Positions 1 through 13,224 of a stretch of DNA of 64,000 nt are shown here, piece by piece. The notes below the pieces were generated by a model. It saw nothing but the letters and a program-made list of their open reading frames with translations, did no database searches and was not told the origin of the DNA. Numbering within the stretch: position 1 is the stretch's first letter; every line of letters begins with the position of its first letter. This DNA comes from Anthoceros angustus (lineage: Eukaryota; Plantae; Anthocerotophyta): positions 1,054,001-1,118,000 of the forward strand of contig VJWM01000068.1 in NCBI GenBank assembly GCA_010909165.1, written 5' to 3'. A program made the position numbers and the translations under genes.

Positions 1-39
1 ATTGTTGTCGATACGGAGACTGCGTATCAGCAGGAGTAA
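1..39 (+). CDS. Probable last codons of an EF-hand calcium-binding protein gene (continues upstream of the window)
   Basis: Frame 1 reads IVVDTETAYQQE-TAA. Bases 10-240 are homologous to 24610-24862, where the same peptide follows an EF-hand-like segment. Confidence 0.35.
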   Translation: MVVDTETAYQQE

Positions 40-429
40 TCTCGAAAGCATGAGATGCTTCTTTGTTTCCAGGTCCAGGCAGCTCTCCATTCCTTTTGGA
101 GGATTTGGGTACTCACATCAAGAAAGTATTCGCTGACTCGGTCGCAAGCTGTTTGCTAGATGCAGCGGAATATCGTACTCCATATGAGGGCAGGTGAAAT
201 GCTTGGAGTGCGGGCGGTTACCAGGGAGTTGATTTTCTTCGTGTGAGCAAGTGCGTTTTTGCGGTGGGATTTCACAACAGAGAAGTGATAATGTCTCTAA
301 AGGAGACGGTTAGCTGTGTCTGCCTACTTTCACCGCTGATTGGTTTTTTGACCCTTGGATGACTGTCCAGTGTCTTTCCGCAGTGCACAAAGTTAGGCTT
401 CCCGTAGAAGCTTATTACTATCTAGTGAA

Positions 430-1440
430 GGTTCTTGTCCTAGGTGCTGGATGATGCTGTACACGGCTATGCAAGACGAAGGCATGGTTGCACCTCATGC
501 TGTAAATTGTTTTTGTGCTTCCTGTATGCATGTGCAGTCGCGGGCTCCCCAGCTCTGAAGCAGGGCAAGCAGCTCCACCGCACAAATTACAGAAGCCGGC
601 CTTGAGGTTGAAATGCTTGTAGGAAACTCTCTCGGACTAATGTGTGCAGAATCCGGCACTTGCTAGTAAAATAATTGCAGTGACATGAAGTGCAACGCGA
701 AACACTCAGCTTGCCAGATGTAGAGATCGGAAAGATGACAAAAGTCCGTAGCATTAGGAGATGTGGGACGGAAGACCAGGTCTGGTTGCTAATCATAAAT
801 TAACGAATGTTCGTAGATAAGCAAGTCGCGCCAAATCCACTTACAACTTGCATTCGAAACAGGGAAATGTTCAGCCGAAACGGGGCTTCCGGCTAGGCGT
901 TCATCCACCTTGAAACGAAGTCATATTTTTATCGAAGGCAGTCCAGGTGAATCATGGTGGACTGGAATTAGCGGTTCCAAGCAGGTGCGCAATCTACCAA
1001 AGTGGCGCACATAGAGCTGGATTTCAGCAAGGCCGCGCATGCTTCTGCGAACCATAGCTGTCTAGCCCGCTGGCCTGGGTTTACAAGGGAGGCGACAGGG
1101 CCAGCAGGTTTTGGGAAGCAGCCAGAGGAACAGGTCCGGCTGCCTGACTGAAAGGTGTGTGAAGAAGGAAGCTTGGAGAAGTTGGTGTAGGAGGAATATT
1201 ACATCTCTACGCCTCCCAGACGAGCTGCTCCAAGCTCTTGTTCGCTTGCTGCTATGGCAGATGGATGAGTGGAGCTTCCTGGTTGTTAATCGCTTGGTGG
1301 ACATGCGTGTAAACTGTGGCAGCTCGGAAGCAGCTCGGCCTGGAGCAAGCGTTCGCGTTCCACAGGCTTGGTGAGAGGGATGTACAGTATTCACTTGGAC
1401 CACGACATTGCCGGATATTCCTAGCCGGGTAACTGTAACT
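430..1440 (+). pseudogene. Degenerate PLS-class PPR gene relic
   Basis: Frameshifted pieces MLYTAMQDEGMVAPHAV / CFLYACAVAGSPALKQGKQLH / AQITEAGLEVEMLVGNSL (~450-670) and VVNRLVDMRVNCGSSEAAR / FHRLGERDV / TWTT / IAGYS (~1270-1430) match P-L-S PPR consensus. Multiple stops and indels. Confidence 0.6.
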
Positions 1441-1734
1441 TCAGATTGGGAATACATAAGGTGAAAGCATTGGCAGTTACCGTGACATGGAAAGAGGGGC
1501 GTGTTTACTAAAACATCTCATCGGTATCCAAGCTCCAATGCAGGAGCACAAGCGAGCGCCAGCGGATGATGTTTCGCCGCCATTCGCCGCGACGCCATAA
1601 CTAAGGCGCCAGCAGAGCTTGCCATTGTTCTCCCTACCCAGCCGTCCATCACACACGCTCGCCTCACCTCGATCCCTCCCTTCTGCGATTTTGTGTGTGC
1701 GAGGAGGGCGCGTCCGCAGCGGCACCGGGAAGCC

Positions 1735-2730
1735 ATGGCCGTCGCCAGCAGCGCCAGCGTCGCACACCTGGCCGCGGTGCCAGCCTCCTCCTTCGTGGCC
1801 GGCTCCAGGACGCGCCTGGGCTCCTGCGCCTGCGTCTCCCTCGGCGTCACCAATGGCAGCCGCGTCTTCGCCATGGCCACCAAGAAGGTCTCGGCCAAGC
1901 CCAAGGCCTCCTTCAGCGGCAAGAAGTCCTGGCTCCCGGGCGTGAGGTTCGGCGGCAACCTGGTGGACCCCGAGTGGCTCGACGGATCGTGAGCCTCCCT
2001 CCCCCTGCCCCTCCAATGCCGCTGCCTACGAGCTCCCGATGTCCATTCCATGATGTTGCTGAGCTGCCAATGTCGGTTCAATGGTGTCGCTGCCGATGTC
2101 CGTCGAATGATGATGTTGCCTGTTCGGCTCGCGCTCGGACTGATGCATTGAGCCTGACATCTCTTGCTGCTCGCCCGCAGGCTGCCGGGAGACTACGGCT
2201 TCGACCCGCTGGGGCTGGGGAAGGACCCTAACGCGCTGAAGTGGTACAGGGAGGCGGAGATCATCCACGGGCGGTGGGCCATGGCGGCCGTGCTCGGCAT
2301 TTTCGTGGGGCAGGCCTGGAGCGGCGTGCCGTGGTTCGAGGCCGGGGCGGCGCCCGGGGCCGTGGCGCCCTTCTCCTTCGGGGCTCTGCTGGGGACGCAG
2401 CTGCTGCTCATGGGGTGGGTAGAGGGCAAGCGATGGGTAGACTTCGTTGAGCCCGGGACTCAGTCCGTGGAGTGGGCCACTCCCTGGTCGAGAACGGCTG
2501 AGAACTTCAACAACTTCACCGGGCTGCAGGGCTACCCCGGGGGCTTTTTCTTCGACCCTCTCCGCCTTGCCGGATCCGTTTCCAACGGCAAGTACGTGCC
2601 CGACTTCCAAAAGCTGGAGCGTCTGCAGCTGGCTGAGATCAAGCACGCCAGAATCGCGATGTTGGCCATGCTAACCTTTTACTTCGAGGCTGGCCAGGGC
2701 CTCACCCCGCTGGGTGCGCTCGGCTTGTAG
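1735..2730 (+). CDS. LHCB6: Light-harvesting chlorophyll a/b protein CP24, 2 exons (1735-1988, 2181-2730)
   Basis: Transit peptide, then [23 protein letters not shown]|[16 protein letters not shown]...[14 protein letters not shown]...[15 protein letters not shown]...[14 protein letters not shown]. The GT-AG intron 1989-2180 splices in frame. Confidence 0.95.
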
Positions 2731-2964
2731 AAACAATGCGCAGCATCGTCTAGGCAGATTTAGAATTCCTCCTCCTGTTTCTCTTCCTTCTTTCTGTTAC
2801 ATTTACTCGATTCTTTCACTCCCTTCTCGCAGCTCTGCCAAGCATCAAACTGTGTAGGTCAGATGGGTGAATCGGTGATGTGATAAGGCTGTGTTATCCC
2901 GTCCACTGGGAGCGGGGGTTTGTGGATAAGGGGCAACCCAGAGATCTATACCACACGGTAACTA

Positions 2965-4244
2965 CAGTCGCCCCCCCCTAATTGGGAACTCTTTAAAAGG
3001 GATTCCTCTTTGAATGGGACCTCCGATCATACTCCCGTTAGTTTACAGTGTAGAAATTGGGACTTTTCCTGAATGGACTGGGACTTCTGAGATACACTTT
3101 CACCTCCTTAAATGGAACTATCGATTTTTTTACTAAAATAATTGAAAAAGAAAGATGAATTGAATAGGTATGAAATAAGTATTGAATAGGCCGTATTCTA
3201 TCAATATAATATAAGCACACGACAATCGAGAATAAGTTATAACGCTCAAGATACTACCAATCCCCAAGTTTATAGACGTACAGTACTAGAGAAAAAGTTA
3301 TAATGCTCGAGAGACTACCAATCACCAAGTCTATATATGTATGTTAATACACAAAGAAGAAAGCATCAGAAAGTGTCTTGCTTTGCTAAGGTGATTAGAA
3401 TCTTGTTTTGCTAAGGTGATCTATTGTTTAAGGTGTTCTCTTGGAGAAAGTTCTTGCCGGAGATAGCAACTCGTAAGCATCACACCTTGACTAAAGGGTA
3501 GAAGAAAGAGTTATGTGAATACTATATTGCTCATCTAAATATGACACAAAAAACATTGCGTGCATGGGCGGAAGACAAGTTTGGCATCCCAGTGTCCAAA
3601 TTGTTGTGTAGGATTCTTCAAGAAAGTGTCCATATTAGCTACTGAAGGGTCCAAATGACTTGCACTCTCTTGAAGAATCCTACACAACACTTTGGACACT
3701 ACGATGCCAAACTTGTCTTCTCATATGTTTTTGTGTCACATTTGGATTAGCAATACGGTATTCACATAACTCTCTTCTGCCCATTAGTCAAGGTGTGATA
3801 CTTACGAGGAGGCATTATTGCTATCTCCAGCAAAAACTTTCTCCAAAAGAATAACTTAAACAGTAGATAAACCTAGCAAAACCGGACACTTTCTGATGCC
3901 TTCTTTGTGTGTAGTAACATACATATATAGACTTGGGGATTGGTAGTATTTAGAGCGTTATAACTTATTCTCGATCGTCATGTGCTTACATTATATTGAT
4001 AGAATACGAAGTCTATTCGATACCTATTTCATACCCATTTAATTTCTTTTTCCTTTTTATATTTTTTTTCAAAAATAAAAAAATCTCATTAAGGGAGGTG
4101 AAACTAAGATGAATGTACCTTTCAAAAGGTCCCAATTACCATTTAGGGAAAAGTTCCATTTTTTACACTGTAAACTAAAGGGAGTAGGATCGGAGGTCCC
4201 ATTTTGAGATGAATCCCATTTATAGAGTTCCCAATTAGAGGACT
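2965..4244. mobile_element. Foldback (near fully palindromic) non-autonomous pogo/Tc5-like element, copy 1
   Basis: Starts TA|CAGTCGCCCCC..CTAATTGGGAACTCT and ends AGAGTTCCCAATTAGAGG. Arms 2965-3628 and 3663-4244 are imperfect reverse complements around a 34-nt loop. Each arm encodes a CENP-B/psq-like HTH start (RKHHTLTKG.KKELCEYYIAHLNMTQKTLRAWAEDKFGIPVSKLLCRILQES). Confidence 0.8.
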
Positions 4245-4684
4245 ATAATCGCCACTCCCAACAGTCTCTCAAACAGTTTGAAACAACCAGCAAACCTTTC
4301 CTTTGTACTACACCAGTCATGTAAGCACTGTTTAGGATGGAGCATCCTCCTTGTGTCACGGAAAATGTCATCTTCCCTGTATATGCTTCTGCAAAGTAGA
4401 CCTAAATGATGCACGACACTGTTTGTGGTGTTCCATGAGAGCACATCCTCTTGAGGAATGCTCTAAAACACTGTTCGTAGCACATGCTAAATGTCTGCTC
4501 TCTAAGCAATGTGTGACTTTTAGAGCACTTCAGCCCTGAAATTTTGGTGGCAAGAAACATGAGCGGGCCGAACAATGAAGATCCTGTTGTTGCAAGGAAA
4601 TTGCTGGCCCTTGTCCTAATAACTGAACCAACTGGAATCACATTTTAGTAGTTTCTTTCCATAACCGTGAGCAGTTCTTACATT

Positions 4685-4925
4685 TGGTTGTTTGGAACTC
4701 TTGCTACCACCTCTCAGTTGTTGAACTTCCTTTGAATAGTTTTCTTTGTTGCATGTTTTCACAGGGTCTAGAGACGGAGGAAATTGGAATGTCGCCTGCT
4801 TGCGCCCAAAAGTCGGTGTTAGAAGAGGTCAAAGAAAACTTACGCCTCGGCATTGCGCCATCCCGCCGCCCGTGCCACTCAAAGCCGCCGACCGCTAAAA
4901 TGGAAGCACCACGGATGGTGGGAAA
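4685..4925 (+). pseudogene. TFIIF-alpha fragment (intron 6/exon 7) fused to the LHCB6 5' UTR copy
   Basis: acag|GGTCTAGAGACGGAGGAAATTGGAATGTCGCC matches the reverse complement of ~32890-33175 (GLETEEIGMSP). Confidence 0.75.
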
Positions 4926-4985
4926 CCTCCCTTCTGCGATTTTGTGTGTGCGAGGAGGGCGCGTCCGCAGCGGCACCGGGAAGCC

Positions 4986-5967
4986 ATGGCCGTCGCCAGC
5001 AGCGCCAGCGTCGCACACCTGGCCGCGGTGCCAGCCTCCTCCTTCGTGGCCGGCTCCAGGACGCGCCTGGGCTCCTGCGCCTGCGTCTCCCTCGGCGTCA
5101 CCAATGGCAGCCGCGTCTTCGCCATGGCCACCAAGAAGGTCTCGGCTGCCCAAGGCCTCCTTCAGCGGCAAGAAGTCCTGGCTCCCGGGCGTGAGGTTCG
5201 GCGGCAACCTGGTGGACCCCGAGTGGCTCGACGGATCGTGAGCCTCCTCCCCTGCCCCTCCAATGCCGCTGCCTACGAGCTCCCGATGTCCATTCCATGA
5301 TGTTGCTGAGCTGCCAATGTCGGTTCAATGGTGTCGCTGCCGATGTCCGTCGAATGATGATGTTGCCTGTTCGGCTCGCGCTCGGACTGATGCATTGAGC
5401 CTGACATCTCTTGCTGCTCGCCCGCAGGCTGCCGGGAGACTACGGCTTCGACCCGCTGGGGCTGGGGAAGGACCTAACGCGCTGAAGTGGTACAGGAGGC
5501 GGAGATCATCCACGGGCGGTGGGCCATGGCGGCCGTGCTCGGCATTTTCGTGGGGCAGGCCTGGAGCGGCGTGCCGTGGTTCGAGGCCGGGCGGCGCCCG
5601 GGGCCGTGGCGCCCTTCTCCTTCGGGGCTCTGCTGGGGACGCAGCTGCTGCTCATGGGGTGGGTAGAGGGCAAGCGATGGGTAGACTTCGTTGAGCCGGA
5701 CTCAGTCCGTGGAGTGGCCACTCCTGGTCGAGAACGGCTGAGAACTTCAACAACTTCACCGGGCTGCAGGGCTACCCAGGGGCTTTTCTTCGACCCTCTC
5801 CGCCTTGCCGGATCCGTTTCCAACGGCAAGTACGTGCCCGACTTCCAAAAGCTGGAGCGTCTGCAGCTGGCTGAGATCAAGCACGCCAGAATCGCGATGT
5901 TGGCCATGCTAACCTTTACTTCGAGGCTGGCCAGGGCCTCACCCCGCTGGGTGCGCTCGGCTTGTAG
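4986..5967 (+). pseudogene. LHCB6: Second LHCB6 copy with several small indels (pseudogene or uncorrected assembly duplicate)
   Basis: Near-identical to 1735-2730 including intron and UTRs, but with frameshifting indels mostly in C/G runs (gaccctaac>gacctaac, gccggggcgg>gccgggcgg). Confidence 0.85.
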
Positions 5968-6200
5968 AAACAATGCGCAGCATCGTCTAGGCAGATTTAG
6001 AATTCCTCCTCCTGTTTCTCTTCCTTCTTTCTGTTACATTTACTCGATTCTTTCACTCCCTTCTCGCAGCTCTGCCAAGCATCAAACTGTGTAGGTCAGA
6101 TGGGTGAATCGGTGATGTGATAAGGCTGTGTTATCCCGTCCACTGGGAGCGGGGTTTGTGGATAAGGGGCAACCCAGAGATCTATACCACACGGTAACTA

Positions 6201-7475
6201 GTCGCCCCCTAATTGGGAACTCTTTAAAAGGATTCCTCTTTGAATGGGACCTCCGATCATACTCCCGTTAGTTTACAGTGTAGAAATTGGGACTTTTCCT
6301 GAATGGACTGGGACTTCTGAGATACACTTTCACCTCCTTAAATGGAACTATCGATTTTTACTAAAATAATTGAAAAGAAAGATGAATTGAATAGGTATGA
6401 AATAAGTATTGAATAGGCCGTATTCTATCAATATAATATAAGCACACGACAATCGAGAATAAGTTATAACGCTCAAGATACTACCAATCCCCAAGTTTAT
6501 AGACGTACAGTACTAGAGAAAAGTTATAATGCTCGAGAGACCAATCACCAAGTCTATATATGTATGTTAATACACAAGAAGAAAGCATCAGAAAGTGTCT
6601 TGCTTTGCTAAGGTGATTAGAATCTTGTTTTGCTAAGGTGATCTATTGTTTAAGGTGTTCTCTTGGAGAAAGTTCTTGCGGAGATAGCAACTCGTAAGCA
6701 TCACACCTTGACTAAAGGGTAGAGAAAGAGTTATGTGAATACTATATTGCTCATCTAAATATGACACAAAAACATTGCGTGCATGGGCGGAAGACAAGTT
6801 TGGCATCCAGTGTCCAAATTGTTGTGTAGGATTCTTCAAGAAAGTGTCCATATTAGCTACTGAAGGGTCCAAATGACTTGCACTCTCTTGAAGAATCCTA
6901 CACAACACTTTGGACACTACGATGCCAAACTTGTCTTGCGCCCATACCGCGTAACACTTTTTGTGTCACATTTGGATTAGCAATACGGTATTCACATAAC
7001 TCTCTTCTGCCCATTAGTCAAGGTGTGATACTTACGAGGAGGCATTATTGCTATCTCCAGCAAAAACTTTCTCCAAAAGAATAACTTAAATGAGATAAAC
7101 CTAGCAAAAGCCGGTTCTCGATGCCTTCTTTGTGTGTAGTAACATACATATATAGACTTGGGGATTGGTAGTATTTTAGCGTTATAACTTATTCTCGATC
7201 GTCATGTGCTTACATTATATTGATAGAATACGAAGTCTATTCGATACCTATTTCATACCCATTTAATTTCTTTTTCCTTTTTATATTTTTTTTCAAAAAT
7301 AAAAAAATCTCATTAAGGGAGGTGAAACTAAGATGAATGTACCTTTCAAAAGGTCCCAATTACCATTTAGGGAAAAGTTCCATTTTTTACACTGTAAACT
7401 AAAGGGAGTAGGATCGGAGGTCCCATTTTGAGATGAATCCCATTTATAGAGTTCCCAATTAGAGGGGGCGAACTG
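6201..7475. mobile_element. pogo-like foldback, copy 2
   Basis: Near-identical to 2965-4244. The right end AGAGGGGGCGAACTG is followed by TA (7476-7477), consistent with a Tc1/mariner-pogo TA target. Confidence 0.8.
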
Positions 7476-7904
7476 TATGTGCAAACTGCCTCACAACCAA
7501 CAGTCTCTCTCAAACAGTTTGAAACAACCAGCAAACCTTTCCTTTGTACTACACCAGTCATGTAAGCACTGTTTAGGATGGAGCATCCTCCTTGTGTCAC
7601 GGAAAATGTCATCTTCCCTGTATATGTACGCAAAGTAGACCTAAATGATGCACGACTTTGTGGTGTTCCATGAGAGCACATCCTCTTGAGGAATGCTCTA
7701 AAACACTGTCGTAGCATGCTAAATGTCTCTCTAAGCAATGTGTGACTTTTAGAGCACTTCACGAAATTTTGGTGGCAAGAAACATGGCGGGCGAACAATG
7801 AAGATCCTTGTTGCAAGGAAATTGCTGGCCCTTGTCCTAATAATCGAACCAAGCTGGAATCACATTTTAGTAGTTTCTTTCCATAGCAGTGAGTTCTTAC
7901 ATTT

Positions 7905-8420
7905 GGTTGTTTGGAACTCTTGCTACCACCTCTCGGTTGTTGAACTTCCTTTGAATAGTTTTCTTTGTTGCATGTTTTCACGTGGTCTAGAGACGGAGGA
8001 AATTGGAATGTCGCCTGCATTGCCGCCCAAAAGTCGGTGTTAAAGAAGAGGTGCAAGAAAACGCCGGCATGCGCCATCCCATGCTGCCGTACCACTCAAG
8101 CGCGCCGACACGAAGCTAAAATGGAAGCCCGCCACGGATGGTGGGAAACCCTCTGACGGAAAGGGAGCCAAAGCACCAACCGTGGTGCTAATATTCGAGT
8201 AGACTATCCTTACCAAGACATATGGATCGAATGGGTTTTGTGAGTTTCGGTCATGCTATCGCCAAGCCAACACCTCTCATGGTGGATGCGAGGCGTCCCG
8301 AGAGATAAGGTAGCCCCTCTTATTCGGCACTTAGTAATTCCCTTGTTCATGAATCTCCGTAATCAAACGGCCGGCCAACTCGGTACCATAATGATTTCAA
8401 ACACCCAAGCCCCAAGACTG
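7905..8420 (+). pseudogene. TFIIF-alpha fragment (exon 7, intron 7, deletion of most of exons 8-9, stop region and 3' flank)
   Basis: Matches the reverse complement of ~32760-33175, then jumps to GAGATAAGGTAGCC...CAAGCCCCAAG (reverse complement of ~32285-32405). Confidence 0.7.
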
Positions 8421-8870
8421 TGGGTCGGTACTGAGTCAGCCTTAACTGAATGCGCTTCTTGCTCACCTGGAGCTTATCCAACCCTCACCTGCGTGCCATC
8501 GGTTGGTCAATCGCCGAGCCCCGACCTGGAAAGAAGCTTCCCGCCTGCGTTGATCCAAATTCGACTTCAAGGCATGCTTCTTGAATGAACGAAGCCGATT
8601 CTGCCTAAGGCGATCCAGATCGCCCCGGATTGAAGGGGCAGGAATTAAACACCACTAGCGGGATAATTCGAGACTTCACATTTCATACCACATATAACCA
8701 CATTCTTCGGCGATTGCGAACCCCTTGCGAGCATCCTCATGCTCGCGAGCATCAAACTGTGTAGGTCAGATGGGTGAATCGGTGATGTGATAAGGCTGTG
8801 TTATCCCGTCCACTGGGAGCGGGGTTTGTGGATAAGGGGCAACCCAGAGATCTATACCACACGGTAACTA

Positions 8871-10130
8871 GTCGCCCCCTAATTGGGAACTCTTTAAAAG
8901 GATTCCTCTTTGAATGGGACCTCCGATCATACTCCCGTTAGTTTACAGTGTAGAAATTGGGACTTTTCCTGAATGGACTGGGACTTCTGAGATACACTTT
9001 CACCTCCTTAAATGGAACTATCGATTTTTACTAAAATAATTGAAAAGAAAGATGAATTGAATAGGTATGAAATAAGTATTGAATAGGCCGTATTCTATCA
9101 ATATAATATAAGCACACGACAATCGAGAATAAGTTATAACGCTCAAGATACTACCAATCCCCAAGTTTATAGACGTACAGTACTAGAGAAAAAGTTATAA
9201 TGCTCGAGAGACTACCAATCACCAAGTCTATATATGTATGTTAATACACAAAGAAGAAAGCATCAGAAAGTGTCTTGCTTTGCTAAGGTGATTAGAATCT
9301 TGTTTTGCTAAGGTGATCTATTGTTTAAGGTGTTCTCTTGGAGAAAGTTCTTGCCGGAGATAAACTCGCATCACACCTTGACTAAAGGGTAGAGAAAGAG
9401 TTATGTGAATACTATATTGCTCATCTAAATATGACACAAAAACATTGCGTGCATGGGCGGAAGACAAGTTTGGCATCCAGTGTCCAAATTGTTGTGTAGG
9501 ATTCTTCAAGAAAGTGTCCATATTAGCTCTTGAAGGGTCCAAATGACTTGCACTCTCTTGAAGAATCCTACACAACACTTTGGACACTACGATGCCAAAC
9601 TTGTCTTGCGCCCATACCGCGTAACACTTTTTGTGTCACATTTGGATTAGCAATACGGTATTCACATAACTCTCTTCTGCCCATTAGTCAAGGTGTGATA
9701 CTTACGAGGAGGCATTATTGCTATCTCCAGCAAAAACTTTCTCCAAAAGAATAACTTAAACAGTAGATAAACCTAGCAAAACCGGACACTTTCTGATGCC
9801 TTCTTTGTGTGTAGTAACATACATATATAGACTTGGGGATTGGTAGTATTTTAGCGTTATAACTTATTCTCGATCGTCATGTGCTTACATTATATTGATA
9901 GAATAAGTCTATTCGATACCTATTTCATACCCATTTAATTTCTTTTTCCTTTTTATATTTTTTCAAAATAAAAAATCTCATTAAGGAGGTGAAACTAAGA
10001 TGAATGTACCTTTCAAAAGGTCCCAATTACCATTTAGGAAAAGTTCCATTTTTACATGTAAACTAAAGGGAGTAGGATCGAGGTCCCATTTTGAGATGAA
10101 TCCCATTTATAGAGTTCCCAATTAGAGCGA
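8871..10130. mobile_element. pogo-like foldback, copy 3 (preceded by LHCB6 3' UTR only)
   Basis: Near-identical to copies 1 and 2. Bases ~8750-8870 repeat the LHCB6 3' flank (~2840-2964). Confidence 0.8.
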
Positions 10131-10549
10131 ATAGATGTGCAAGCCTCACAACCAGCCTCTCTCAAGCAGTTTGAAACAACCAGCAAACCTTTCCTTTGTA
10201 CTACACCAATGTAAGCCTTGTTAGGATGGAGCATCCTCCTTGTGTCACGGAAAATGTCATCTTCCTGTATATGTACGCAAAGTAGACCTAAATGATGCAC
10301 GACTTTGTGGTGTTCCATGAGAGCACATCCTCTTGAGGAATGCTCTAAAACACTGTCGTAGCATGCTAAATGTCTCTCTAAGCAATGTGTGACTTTTAGA
10401 GCACTTGACCACGAAATTTTGGTGGCAAGAAACATGGCGGGCGAACAATGAAGATCCTTGTTGCAAGGAAATTGCTGGCCCTTGTCCTAATAATCGAACC
10501 AAGCTGGAATCACATTTTAGTAGTTTCTTTCCATAGCAGTGAGTTCTTA

Positions 10550-11065
10550 CATTTGGTTGTTTGGAACTCTTGCTACCACCTCTCGGTTGTTGAACTTCCT
10601 TTGAATAGTTTTCTTTGTTGCATGTTTTCACGTGGTCTAGAGACGGAGGAAATTGGAATGTGTACTGCCGCCCAAAAGTCGGTGTTAAAGAAGAGGTGCA
10701 AGAAAACGCCGGCATGCGCCATCCCATGCTGCCGTACCACTCAAGCGCGCCGACACGAAGCTAAAATGGAAGCCCGCCACGGATGGTGGGAAACCCTCTG
10801 ACGGAAAGGGAGCCAAAGCACCAACCGTGGTGCTAATATTCGAGTAGACTATCCTTACCAAGACATATGGATCGAATGGGTTTTGTGAGTTTCGGTCATG
10901 CTATCGCCAAGCCAACACCTCTCATGGTGGATGCGAGGCGTCCCGAGAGATAAGGTAGCCCCTCTTATTCGGCACTTAGTAATTCCCTTGTTCATGAATC
11001 TCCGTAATCAAACGGCCGGCCAACTCGGTACCATAATGATTTCAAACACCCAAGCCCCAAGACTG
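10550..11065 (+). pseudogene. TFIIF-alpha fragment, further copy
   Basis: Near-identical to 7905-8420. Confidence 0.7.
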
Positions 11066-11589
11066 TGGGTCGGTACTGAGTCAGCCTTAACTGAATGCGC
11101 TTCTTGCTCACCTGGAGCTTATCCAACCCTCACCTGCGTGCCATCGGTTGGTCAATCGCCGAGCCCCGACCTGGAAAGAAGCTTCCCGCCTGCGTTGATC
11201 CAAATTCGACTTCAAGGCATGCTTCTTGAATCGGGAGCGAAGCGATTCACGCCCTGGCGATCCGGGCGCCCTTTGGATTGAAGGGGGGCACAGGAATTAA
11301 ACACCACTAGGCAGGATAATTCGAGACTTCACATTTCATACCCACATATAACCACATTGCTGTCGGCCAGATTGCCGAACCCCTTGCGAGCATCCTCATG
11401 CTCCGCAGGGAGCATCAAATGGTACATCAATAAGATGATGACTAATCAAGCAATTATGAAGTCTACAAAATTCCACAACGTGGTGGTCTGGACCTTGGCA
11501 AGACTAATGCATCTCACAGTGTGGCAAATGATCAAAGCTACGATCACCGGAGAGTGCCGAGGAGCCAACTCCCAGGACTCAGGAGTTGC

Positions 11590-12522
11590 TGTTGAAGACC
11601 CGGCTGACCAGCTTGAACAGTTCACACCACTCATCGAACAGACACACCCAACCATCATCCCTGCTCAACCGTCGCACCTCCTCACTCACCTGCACCTACA
11701 CATGCTCACAAGACTTAGCATACATGAGAACAATAGTAACGATGAGATGAAATCTGACTGATCTGTAACAAAGAAAACTACTGTCGTACCTTTGTGCATT
11801 TCCTTATGGTATCAGAGCACCAGGATCAGACATGCCACTGAAAGGGTCACCTCATGGCTCGTGGCAGGGGAGCCCGTCCGTGGGCAAGTCCGGCCCATGA
11901 GGAACACCGATCTCCCCAACCACCTTATTCCCCTCACGGTGCTCTACGCTGCAAATGTAGACCCGTGAAGAGAATCGAACAAGTAGCCACAAATCGAAGA
12001 CAGAGCAAACCCCCTACCTTCGACAACCCGTGCCGAGGAAGCTCTACCATTGAAAATAAGGTCCATGTTGAGACCCGCTGCGCGCAACTTCCTTGGCATC
12101 ATTTTGAGACGTGAAGGACCTCCTCCAGCGTGTGAGGTCCCAATCCCCAATCCATCACCGCCATCGTCGAGTAAACCCTAACCATGTCCACTTCGGAGGA
12201 GCCGGAGGCGCGGTGGAGGCGCATTGCAGGCAGCACCGGTGGTGAGGCCGCAAACCCTATCGCCCCACACTATGCTAACCTCCGCATAGAAATAAAGGAA
12301 AAGGATAGATTCACGGGTGTAGACTACAATGTCTGGGCTACCCGGATGCAAGGACATCTTGAAGACGCAGACCTATGGACAATAGTCAATGGGTCGGTGC
12401 CCTGCCCTGCAAATGGAACCCCAAACTATGATCAGTGGATAAAATCCGACAGAAGAGCCCGCAATCTGCTAATTGCGGGCCTCGACAAAGACATGGTTCA
12501 CCACACCTTCGGTGCCTCAACG
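11590..12522 (+). mobile_element. Truncated 5' end of a Ty1/copia element: LTR 11590-11806, PBS 11807-11818, gag start ~12184
   Basis: TGTTGAAGACCC... LTR, tRNA-iMet PBS TGGTATCAGAGC, and gag-like FTGVDYNVWATRMQGHLEDADLWTIVNG. Broken at ~12522 by a foldback arm. Confidence 0.85.
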
Positions 12523-12523
12523 C

Positions 12524-12805
12524 ATTTAGAGCGTTATAACTTATTCTCGATCGTCATGTGCTTACATTATATTGATAGAATACGAAGTCTCGATACCTAT
12601 TTCATACCCATTTAATTTCTTTTTCCTTTTATATTTTTTCAAAATAAAAAAATCTCATTAAGGAGGTGAAACTAAGATGAATGTACCTTTCAAAAGGTCC
12701 CAATTACCATTTAGGAAAAGTTCCATTTTTATTAAAAACTAAAGGGAGTAGGATCGGAGGTCCCATTTTGAGATGAATCCCATTTATAGAGTTCCCAATT
12801 AGAGC
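12524..12805. mobile_element. Right-arm fragment of the pogo-like foldback (copy 4)
   Basis: Matches ~3950-4240 and ends AGAGTTCCCAATTAGAG. Confidence 0.75.
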
Positions 12806-13224
12806 GTAGACAAACGCCTCACAACCAGCCTCTCTCAAAGCAGTTTGAAACAACCAGCAAACCTTTCCTTTGTACTACACCATGTAAGCCTTTGTTTAGG
12901 ATGGAGCATCCTCCTTGTGTCACGGAAAATGTCATCTTCCTACATGCTTCGCAAAGTAGACCTAAATGATGCAATTTGTGGTGTTCCATGAGAGCACATC
13001 CTCTTGAGGAATGCTCTAAAACATCGTAGAAAGCATGCTAAATGCCTCTAAGCAATGTGTGACTTTTAGAGCACTTGATACCGAAATTTTGGTGGCAAGA
13101 AACATGAGCGGGCCGAACAATGAAGATCCTGTTGTTGCAAAAATTGCTGGCCCTTGTCCTAATAAGCGAACCAAGCTGGAATCACATTTTAGTAGTTTTT
13201 TCCATAGCAGTAGCAGTTCTTACA

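Noticed and set aside
1477-2646. Long alternative-frame and antisense ORFs over LHCB6 (also over the LysM kinase, TFIIF-alpha and tubulin)
   Set aside because: Shadow ORFs caused by GC-rich codon usage in real genes.
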